NCBI GenBank assembly: GCA_963755715.1
Contig: CAVWLW010000060.1
Span: forward strand, 1-15,694
Length of the DNA: 15,694 nucleotides
Direction: 5' to 3'
Source: an uncultured delta proteobacterium
GTDB lineage: Bacteria; Desulfobacterota; Binatia; UBA9968
Shown: one piece after another, positions 8,723 to 15,549 of the stretch
How the letters are laid out: each line of letters opens with the position of its first letter
Position numbering within the stretch: the first letter of the stretch is position 1
Translations under genes and position numbers: made by a program
The notes under the pieces: model-generated
Databases searched by the model: none
What the model was told of the DNA's origin: nothing
The model's input: only the letters and a program-made list of their open reading frames with translations

Positions 8723-10609
8723 CTATCGATTGCGACTGGGCTTTGCTTGATAAACCATCACACGGTCACGCCCGGCATTTTTCGCTGCATACAAGGCCGT
8801 GTCGGCTGCGCGCAGTAATTGGCTTGGGTTGGGGGCAGGATCCTCCGCCTGCGCAACGCCGGCCGATACGGTTATCGCGCGGAGCTGTTGCTCGCCATGG
8901 GGAATCTGCAGTTCCTTGATCTGGGCGCGGATCTGTTCCATGCGCTGCTTGGCATCGGCTGCGGATGAATCGGGCAGAACCAAAACGAACTCCTCCCCGC
9001 CGTAGCGGCATGAGATATCGCTCTTACGTAATTTTCCCAGCAGCAGTCGTCCCAACTCGCGCAACAGCGAGTCACCGGCATCGTGACCGTAAGTATCGTT
9101 GAAGCGTTTGAAATTATCTAAATCGAGCATCGCGACACAGAGCGGGGAATGGGCGCGCTGGGCACGATGCAGCTCGCGCGGCAAAGTTTCTTCCAAATAG
9201 CGCCGATTAAATAACCCGGTCAGCGGATCGTGAATCGCCTCCGCGCGTAGTTCCTCGCGGAGCTTCAAATTGGACAAGGATAACTTGATGGCTTCGCTCA
9301 CCGTCACAGCCAATTGTAGCTGGCTGACCTGATGGTGACTCCTCTTGGCGGGAGCGCCGACGAGACAAAACACTCCCAATGTCTCGCCTTGCACGGTCAA
9401 CGGCACGCACAGGTAGCTAGTCTCCGGTTGGCTGACAAAATGACGGCACAACAAGCCAGCCTGGGGATCGGTGACTTCATGCAGTTGACCCCGGCGCAGC
9501 GCCCAGCAATCCTCCAGTGAAAAGATCGGCTGGCCGAGCGGCCGCTCGCCCCAGCGCGCAACCATCTCAAGATATTGACCCGACGCATGCAAAACTGCCA
9601 GGCATCCGGTCTGCCCGGCAAAGAGCTCGCCGGCGGCCAGGCCAACTACCTTATACGCTTCGTCTTGAGCGGTGCAGCTCTGCAGGAGATCGTCCATGCT
9701 GATGAGCGCCTGCATTTCGCTTTCACGCCGTTGGAGTTCAGCGACCAACGCCATCAGCTCCTCATTGGTTTTCCGTGCGCTTTCCGTTGCCTGTTTGGGT
9801 GCCGTGACGTCGCGCACAACGGCAATCACCATGCTGCCGCTCTCCGTAGTCATCGGACTCAGCATAATGTCTACAGGGAATTCACTCTTATCTTTGCGCT
9901 GACCGAACAGTTCCAAACCGACTCCCATAGGTCGCATGCGCGGATCGGCGATGTAGCCGGTGATGTGTTTGACGTGCCGTTCTCTAAATCGCTCGGGCAT
10001 TAAGAACTCCACAGGTTTGTCCTGCAGCTCGTTGCGGCTGTAGCCGAAAATAGCCTCGACCTGGGCATTCATCTGGGTAATTCTTCCGTGACGGTCGATC
10101 ACCGCGATAGCGTCGGGAAACGATTCATAGATCCCTCTGGCGATTTCCGCGAATCTAACGTCGGTGAGATCCCGGGTGATCAGCGAAAAACCCGTCAGTG
10201 TTCCTTTTGCGCGCCGCATTGCGGTGATGAGCACATTGGCAAAAAAGCGCGAGCCGTCTTTCCGGACCCGCCAGGTCTGTTCTTCATAGCGACCGTGGGC
10301 CCCTGCCGTCTTGAGGACAAACTCCGGCCGGCGGCGCTGAATCTCCTCGGCGGAATAAAAGCACGAGAAGGGTTTGCCGAAAATCTCATCTTGCCGATAA
10401 CCCGTAAGCCGCTCGGCGCCAATGTTCCAACTAGCCACGCGTCCACTCGGATCGAGCATGCAGATGGCGTAGTCCTTGGCGTTTTCGATAAGAAGGCGGA
10501 CGGGGTCATCAGCACCGTCCGCTGTTGATTTTGCCCGCCTCGGCAAAATTGGCGGGGCTGGCGCTTTCTTTACGCCTTTGGCCGCTGGCTTTTTCTTCGG
10601 TGGCTTCAC
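8723..10609 (-). CDS. Cytoplasmic diguanylate cyclase, PAS-PAS-GAF-GGDEF
   Basis: Two PAS/PAC segments (WNIGAERLTGY...RKDGSRF; NAQVEAIFGY...RKDKSEFPV), a GAF-like segment (DCWALRRG, YLCVPL), DPLTGLFNRR, FKRFNDTYGHDAGD, RKSD I-site and RYGGEEF. Confidence 0.93.
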   Translation of the reverse strand: MKPPKKKPAAKGVKKAPAPPILPRRAKSTADGADDPVRLLIENAKDYAICMLDPSGRVASWNIGAERLTGYRQDEIFGKPFSCFYSAEEIQRRRPEFVLKTAGAHGRYEEQTWRVRKDGSRFFANVLITAMRRAKGTLTGFSLITRDLTDVRFAEIARGIYESFPDAIAVIDRHGRITQMNAQVEAIFGYSRNELQDKPVEFLMPERFRERHVKHITGYIADPRMRPMGVGLELFGQRKDKSEFPVDIMLSPMTTESGSMVIAVVRDVTAPKQATESARKTNEELMALVAELQRRESEMQALISMDDLLQSCTAQDEAYKVVGLAAGELFAGQTGCLAVLHASGQYLEMVARWGERPLGQPIFSLEDCWALRRGQLHEVTDPQAGLLCRHFVSQPETSYLCVPLTVQGETLGVFCLVGAPAKRSHHQVSQLQLAVTVSEAIKLSLSNLKLREELRAEAIHDPLTGLFNRRYLEETLPRELHRAQRAHSPLCVAMLDLDNFKRFNDTYGHDAGDSLLRELGRLLLGKLRKSDISCRYGGEEFVLVLPDSSAADAKQRMEQIRAQIKELQIPHGEQQLRAITVSAGVAQAEDPAPNPSQLLRAADTALYAAKNAGRDRVMVYQAKPSRNR

Positions 10610-10883
10610 GTCCGGCTTTCTACTGCATCCAGTCGATCGAAAAGAACACGCTGCTGGAGGCTAATCCAGTTGCGCTCTATCGCCTGAGAAATCAAGGGCT
10701 GGAATGGCTCGCCCAAGCAATCTGAACGAGTCTGGGATGATTGCGACATGAGTTGATTTTTTCACACGCGTGGGCGGCGCGCTGGAATCCTATTCGAGGC
10801 CAACCCGCTCGTTAACGCTTTTATCAGAAGACCGTTCAGTTTCCGAGTACTGATTTAAAGAATCGGCAGGCAATCTAAGCGGC

Positions 10884-10944
10884 TTGAACGAAGAGAGTAA
10901 TCTGGGATAACTTTGAACGGTAGCAAGTAAAACAGGGAATAACT
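10884..10944 (+). repeat. Imperfect tandem repeat upstream of the His-rich methyltransferase (possible operator/promoter)
   Basis: TTGAACG-AAGAGAGTAATCTGGG-ATAACT followed directly by TTGAACG-GTAGCAAGTAAAACAGGGA-ATAACT. Confidence 0.5.
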
Positions 10945-10968
10945 CTCAAAGAATAGGAAAACAGGAAA

Positions 10969-12029
10969 ATGGCGGACGAACACAAACACGAGCACAAAGG
11001 CGAGCACGCGCACAATCACGACCAAGATCATGGCCACGAGCACGGTGATTCTCACGGGCATGAGCACGAACACACGCACGCGCCCGATCACGGTCATTCG
11101 CACGATCGCGAGCACCAACACAGTCACGACCACGATCACGAGCACGGACCATCCGCATTCCCATGGTCACGAACACGGGCACGGCCATTCCGATCACGAG
11201 CACGAACACGGCTCCTCCCACGGTCACGGCCACGACCACAAGACGCGCTTTCACGATCCGGCGCACGCCGCCGACTTCGACCGGCGCGGGTTGTCCGGTA
11301 TCCGCAGCTTCCCTGACGGACAAATTGATCGAAATGCTCACGCTCAAGGGCGAGGAGTTGGTGCTCGACGTCGCCACCGGCACCGGACGGGTGGCCCGGC
11401 CGCTGTCCAAGCAGATCAAAGGCGGGAAAATCATCGGCGTCGACCAGGCCCAGGCGATGCTCGACGTCGGCCATCACCATGAGGAACCGATTCCAAGCTA
11501 TCTGCAGAGCGCCGGCGAGGCCGATAAGCTGCCGTTCAAGACCAACACGTTCGATCGGGCGTTTGTCTCCTTCAGCCTGCATCATTTCGGCAATGCCGCC
11601 GGCGTGGTGGGCGAGGTGCTGCGCGTGCTCAAGAACAGCGGCCGCTTCGTCGTGCTCGATCCGATCATCGAGGAAGCCAAGGACGCCATCGATATCGCGC
11701 TCGAAACCAAGATCAACCAAGTGTTTCGCCGCACCCACGGCGAAGACTTTCGCTTTCACACCTCGAACAGCATTCAGCGTTTGCTGACCAAAGCCGGTTA
11801 CCGCGTGCCGCGCAGCAACGTTCTTTCTTATTCTTTCAATCAGGAAGGCATGGACGGCATTCCCACCGGACAACACTGGCTCGAAGCCGCGCTGGAGTTG
11901 GAAAAGGAAGCGCCGGAGCTGGCCGAGCGCATGAAGAAAAACTATTTCACCTGGCACTCGCACGGCGATCATGCCCACGTGAAGGGAAGTTTTTCCTTCG
12001 CGCTGATCACGGGCGTGAAGCCGGCCTAA
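10969..12029 (+). CDS. Class I SAM-dependent methyltransferase with long His-rich N-terminal extension (two apparent +1 indels)
   Basis: AGGA RBS. The His-rich frame continues across a shift at ~11146, and a second shift at ~11306-11310 leads into VLDVATGTG (motif I), IGVD, LPFKTNTFD, SLHHF and RVLKNSG. ~352 aa if repaired. Confidence 0.82.
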
Positions 12030-12044
12030 AGATTATATGGATTC

Positions 12045-12070
12045 GTAGGGGCGCAGCATGCTGCGCCCCT
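12045..12070 (+). repeat. GTAG-type REP palindrome GTAGGGGCGCAGCATGCTGCGCCCCT
   Basis: Perfect 24-bp palindrome at 12047-12070, with GTAG at the 5' end. Confidence 0.75.
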
Positions 12071-12091
12071 GTCTGATAGGAGCGATCGATC

Positions 12092-12352
12092 TTGAAGAAA
12101 GCCGATTTCCGAACCTTTTACCGCGATGCCCACGCCGTCGAATGTCTCACCGAGCGCGAGAAGATGCTCATCGGTCTCACCGTCGCGATGATGCGGCTCT
12201 GCGATCCATGAGTTGACCGGCGCCTTGCGGACGCAAGGAAAGCGGGGATGACGGAAGAAGAATTGGAGGCTGCGGTCGATGTGATCGCCGCGGTCGATGC
12301 CGGGGTGCTGCAATCGTTGAATCAGCGCATCAAGCAGAGGAACAAGACATAA
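12092..12352 (+). CDS. Putative selenoprotein: AhpD/carboxymuconolactone decarboxylase family, CxxU (Sec40 at TGA 12209-12211)
   Basis: AGGAG RBS and TTG start; MKKADFRTFYRDAHAVECLTEREKMLIGLTVAMMRLCDP-U-VDRRLADARKAGMTEEELEAAVDVIAAVDAGVLQSLNQRIKQRNKT. CMD-like pattern on both sides of the TGA, a SECIS-like hairpin, and the TGA conserved in the second copy. Confidence 0.85.
12212..12247 (+). promoter_or_regulatory. Bacterial SECIS-like hairpin
   Basis: Stem CCTTGC/GCAAGG (12223-12238) with apical loop GGAC starting 17 nt after the UGA. A G at the start of a small loop fits the bacterial SECIS consensus. Confidence 0.7.
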
Positions 12353-12488
12353 ACTCTGAAGTGCCGAGGTACAGTACACATCGGAACTCAGATATGAAGA
12401 AAGGGCATCGTAAGGACGACGAAATGGGCGATCATTCTCCGTTTATTAGCGGTTATGCCTGAATACTCGATTCTGCTAAAAGACAGTC

Positions 12489-12749
12489 ATGCCGATTATT
12501 TCAACGTTTTTCGGAATCATTATCCGAATGTATTTCGGAGATCACAATCCTCCGCATTTCCATGTCGAGTTTCAGGGCGAGAAGGCGACTTTCAATTTTG
12601 ACGGTCAACTTGTGAATGGAAATATTTCTTCCGGGACGGCTCGGAAACTGGTGCGTGATTGGGCTCGTCGTCATAGACTTGAGCTCATGATAAATTGGAG
12701 AAACGTTGAGAGGGGACGCCCGCTCAATCGAATCGAGCCATTGGAGTAA
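12489..12749 (+). CDS. DUF4160 domain protein (putative toxin of a DUF4160/DUF2442 TA-like pair)
   Basis: MPIISTFFGIIIRMYFGDHNPPHFH...LVRDWA...ELMINW...IEPLE, the typical family pattern. Confidence 0.9.
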   Translation: MPIISTFFGIIIRMYFGDHNPPHFHVEFQGEKATFNFDGQLVNGNISSGTARKLVRDWARRHRLELMINWRNVERGRPLNRIEPLE

Positions 12750-12753
12750 TTTT

Positions 12754-13050
12754 ATGAGTTATCTGCCGCAAGTAATCGAAGCGCGTCATATAAGCGGATT
12801 TATTGTTTCAGCTCGCTTCGATGATGGAACTGAGAAGCGCATCGATGTTTCTCAATGGTTCAAGGGCCCGGTGTTCGAACCTCTCAAGGATCTGAAGCTT
12901 TTTAAGAAATTTTTTATCGAAGCGGGAACACTCGCTTGGCCGAACGGTGTCGATATCGCTCCTGAGGCGCTGTACGCTGCGCGTGACTCGATAGGCAAGA
13001 AGCATAACAAAAGGACGGAGCGAACGCGGAAAACACGTCGCTCATCCTAA
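12754..13050 (+). CDS. DUF2442 domain protein (putative antitoxin)
   Basis: GGAG RBS and ATG at 12754; FDDGTEK, GPVFEPLKD and TLAWPNGVDIAPEALY. The C-terminal tail runs through the attC. Confidence 0.9.
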   Translation: MSYLPQVIEARHISGFIVSARFDDGTEKRIDVSQWFKGPVFEPLKDLKLFKKFFIEAGTLAWPNGVDIAPEALYAARDSIGKKHNKRTERTRKTRRSS

Positions 13051-13054
13051 AACG
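13002..13054 (+). mobile_element. Degenerate attC site closing the TA cassette
   Basis: R'' GCATAAC; arms AGGACGGAGCGA / TCGCTCATCCT with an extra base. R' has lost its TT (AAAACG-CGCC). R'' is the exact complement of GTTATGC at 12452-12458. Confidence 0.65.
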
Positions 13055-13091
13055 CGCCGCGACTCTCGTTCGCGCGTCTCGGAATTGCTCA

Positions 13092-13295
13092 ACCGAACAG
13101 GAAAAGATGCTCATCGGTCTCACCGTTGCGATGATGCGGCTCTGCGATCCATGAGTGGATCGGCGCCTTGCGGACGCAAGGAAAGCGGGGATGACGGAAG
13201 AAGAGCTTGATGCAGCAATAGATGTGATCGCCGCGGTAGACGCGGGAGTCTTGCAGTCGCTCAATCAGCGGATCAAGCAAAGAAGCAAGTCTTAG
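13092..13295 (+). pseudogene. Second, 5'-truncated copy of the CxxU AhpD/CMD gene (TGA 13152-13154; possible restart at ATG 13107)
   Basis: TEQEKMLIGLTVAMMRLCDP-U-VDRRLADARKAGMTEEELDAAIDVIAAVDAGVLQSLNQRIKQRSKS. It lacks a recognisable equivalent of the first ~17 codons and RBS of copy 1. Confidence 0.75.
13155..13190 (+). promoter_or_regulatory. SECIS-like hairpin, copy 2
   Basis: CCTTGC-GGAC-GCAAGG at 13166-13181, identical to copy 1. Confidence 0.65.
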
Positions 13296-13348
13296 GCGAA
13301 ACGCGGGGCAACACGTGGACCACATGACTCACGACAATAAGACCGGGG

Positions 13349-13378
13349 TTGCCAGAATTTAGACCCGTCGCGTATAAT
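13349..13378 (+). promoter_or_regulatory. Putative sigma70 promoter TTGCCA-N18-TATAAT
   Basis: 5/6 -35 match and perfect -10; points into the cassette array. Confidence 0.55.
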
Positions 13379-13695
13379 CCACCCCATTTGAATCTAGGGT
13401 ATCCTTCCGCACTGTTGTGAACGTGGGAAAGGCGAGCAGAATCGATTAAGAGTTTGGATGCGGCGCGATCGCGGCAGCGGACGCGAGCGTTGCAATCACA
13501 GTAGAGGGATCGTGATTCGACGCGCAAAATACGAGATGGCGGGTATCGAATATTTTGGAGTGCCCGGAATAACGAAGGAGTGCCGAGTTGCCGTCTTAGG
13601 ATTGCTGCAGTACGGGAACTGCGTAACAAAGGTGCGCATATTGTCCTCGGCTCAGGAACATGGACTCTTGCTCACGGTCAATGCGGGTGACCTGA

Positions 13696-13941
13696 TTGCT
13701 GTCAAATCTGGATTTGCCTCCAAGTGCCCACAGCGCCGTGCCACCGTTTAAACAGGCTCTAAAAAAAGACGGAATTCCCTTTACGTCGTTCGAGGTAGAC
13801 AACATCGAACGAGAGTTTAATCGGCTTCAATCGCTGAACGTCGAGTTCACTCAAAAACCGACGCCAGCAGGCGAAGTCATCATTGCCGTGTTTGATGATA
13901 CGTGCGGAAACCTTATCCAAATCATGCAACGCGTCGCGTAA
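13696..13941 (+). pseudogene. VOC/glyoxalase/bleomycin-resistance family gene, C-terminal part only
   Basis: PFKQALKKDGIPFTSFEVDN and IAVFDDTCGNLIQI are characteristic. Similarity starts near 13720, and I found no N-terminal half in the upstream frames. Confidence 0.75.
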
Positions 13942-13945
13942 TGCC

Positions 13946-14045
13946 GCACAACAATGCGCTGCAGCGGACATTTGCCGCTAAAGGTTTTCGGCGCAGATAT
14001 GAACGTTGGTGTTGCGGCAAACGCCGCTGAGCTTAAACGTTGAGA
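13946..14045 (+). mobile_element. attC site
   Basis: R'' GCACAAC, 5-nt spacer, L'' GCTGCAGC, inner stem TTTGCCGC/GCGGCAAA, L' GCTGAGC, 6-nt spacer, R' GTT at 14039. Begins 4 nt after a stop codon. Confidence 0.82.
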
Positions 14046-14067
14046 TCCGCACGGGACAGGTCCTGAT

Positions 14068-14478
14068 ATGAGCGAGCGGCATATCTTCCATCTCTCCATT
14101 CCGGTCAGTGAGCTTGCGCCGGCGAAGCGATTTTATGTCGAGGTGCTTGGTGCGAGAACAGGTCGAGAAAACGACGAGTGGCTAGACGTCCTCCTGTGGG
14201 GCCACCAGATTACGTTGCAACGGAGGCCCGAAGAGGTTCTTCCTTTGGAGCGCCAGGGCAAGCGTCACTTTGGCGTCATCCTTCCTTGGGCGGAGTGGGA
14301 GCATGAGGCGGCGCGCATTCGGGCCTTGGGGGTTTCATTTCTATCTGAGCCTGCGGTCCTGCTCAGCGGTACGTCGGAGGAGCAGGCCAAGTTCTATCTG
14401 CAGGACACGAGCCACAATGTCATTGAGGTCAAGGCGTACAGAAATCTTGCGGATACGCTCGGTACTGATGGAAATTGA
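14068..14478 (+). CDS. VOC family (glyoxalase/extradiol dioxygenase-like) protein, gene cassette
   Basis: FHLSIPV, AKRFYVEVLG, WGHQITL, RHFGVIL and HNVIEVKAY. Confidence 0.88.
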   Translation: MSERHIFHLSIPVSELAPAKRFYVEVLGARTGRENDEWLDVLLWGHQITLQRRPEEVLPLERQGKRHFGVILPWAEWEHEAARIRALGVSFLSEPAVLLSGTSEEQAKFYLQDTSHNVIEVKAYRNLADTLGTDGN

Positions 14479-14493
14479 GTCTCGCGTGCGCGG

Positions 14494-14577
14494 ACCTAAC
14501 CCGCCGCTTGAGCCGCTGATGAGATTGCTGAGTAACTATTTCATTTCCGTTAACGGCTCAGCGGCATCGCGTTAGCC
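14494..14577 (+). mobile_element. attC site
   Basis: R'' ACCTAAC; arms CCGCTTGAGCCG / CGGCTCAGCGG with one extrahelical base; R' GTTAGCC. The next gene's RBS and ATG follow within 17 nt. Confidence 0.85.
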
Positions 14578-14593
14578 GTGAAAAGGAAACTTT

Positions 14594-15331
14594 ATGTCAG
14601 GAACCGAAGGCAAGGTCGTCGTAATCACGGGCGCAAGCAGCGGTATAGGCGAGGCGACTGCGCTCTTGCTCGCTGAACGCGGTGCGAAGGTCGTACTCGG
14701 CGCGCGCGGATTGGATCGCCTTGAGGCTCTCGCTGACCGTATCGTGAGAGCGGGCGGCGAGGCGGTCTATGCACGCACGGACGTAAAACGGCGCGAAGAC
14801 TTATCCAACCTCGTGAACTTGGCATGTGAGCGGTACGGCAAGCTTGACGTTCTCGTCAACAATGCCGGCATCATGCCGATTTCTCCCCTCGACGACCTGC
14901 GCGTCAAGGATTGGGAGGAGATGATCGACATCAACATCAAAGGTGTTCTGTACGGCATCGCCGCAGCGCTGCCTGTTTTCCGCAAGCAGGGTTTCGGACA
15001 TTTCGTCAACATCGCTTCTACAGCAGGGCATAAGACTGTACCGAACCAGTCGGTCTATTCCGGCACGAAGTTCGCCGTGCGCGCCATCTCCGAGGGTTTG
15101 CGCCAGGAGGCCGGTGATAAGCTGCGCGTGACGATCATTTCGCCTGGCTTCGTCCAGACGAACTTCGCGGAAGGTATGACAAATCCGGAGGTGAAAGCCC
15201 AGATCGCCGCGTCCCGAGACAAGTTCGCGATGCCGCCGGATGCGATCGCCCGCGCTATTGCGTTCGCGATCGAGCAGCCGGCCGATGTTGATGTGAACGA
15301 GATAGTTATCCGTCCCACTGCGCAGGGGTAA
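14594..15331 (+). CDS. Short-chain dehydrogenase/reductase (YdfG-like classical SDR)
   Basis: TGASSGIG, NNAG, catalytic YSGTK, ISPG and C-terminal EIVIRP; AAGGA RBS. Confidence 0.93.
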   Translation: MSGTEGKVVVITGASSGIGEATALLLAERGAKVVLGARGLDRLEALADRIVRAGGEAVYARTDVKRREDLSNLVNLACERYGKLDVLVNNAGIMPISPLDDLRVKDWEEMIDINIKGVLYGIAAALPVFRKQGFGHFVNIASTAGHKTVPNQSVYSGTKFAVRAISEGLRQEAGDKLRVTIISPGFVQTNFAEGMTNPEVKAQIAASRDKFAMPPDAIARAIAFAIEQPADVDVNEIVIRPTAQG

Positions 15332-15549
15332 ATCCGCCTTGCCTGGACCTCCGCCCCACGCATCAAGTTGAAACGAATGCGGCCGTAAACGCCGCGCCTA
15401 GGACCTTCAAGTGTAATGTGACCGGCTTCGGGAGCCTAACGTGCCGTGCCAATCGGTCTCTCGAGTGCACTCAACAGAGCTTTGACGCGAAAACGATGGC
15501 TCTCGACGACTTAGAGGAACCACGCCTTCGCGCGAAAAACTCTGATCTT

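Larger units (their letters stand above)
12452..15331 (+). mobile_element. Cluster of integron gene cassettes without an integrase in the window (CALIN-like)
   Basis: Two clear attC sites and one degenerate one, all in the same orientation, each following a short + strand ORF. The 5' GTT core of two cassettes is complementary to their own 3' AAC inverse core. Confidence 0.7.

Noticed and set aside
10975-11245. CACGA-rich periodic tract as CRISPR or satellite
   Set aside because: No repeat-spacer structure; explained by (His-X)n coding.
11140-11312. Programmed ribosomal frameshifting in the His-rich gene
   Set aside because: No slippery heptamer at either site, and unrelated genes in the window show similar indels.
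11300-12029. Methyltransferase as ArsM or UbiE/MenG
   Set aside because: No catalytic cysteines for ArsM. Only generic class I motifs are shared with UbiE, so no symbol is assigned.
12026-12379. Minus-strand 117-aa ORF and its twin at 13089-13325
   Set aside because: Antisense shadows of the CxxU gene; the synonymous pattern, RBS and family motifs are on the + strand.
12391-12403. GATATGAAGAAAG resembling the start of the Sec-AhpD gene, as the lost 5' end of copy 2
   Set aside because: Similarity ends after about 10 nt and is compatible with chance.
13496-13639. 47-aa minus-strand ORF MRTFVTQFPYCSNPK... with GAGGA RBS
   Set aside because: No recognisable motif or family; may be real but is unsupported.
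15434-15516. Possible decayed attC after the SDR (GCCTAAC, 6/7 complementary to GTTAGCC)
   Set aside because: Arm pairing and spacing are poor and there is no intact GTT; cannot be supported without a covariance model.
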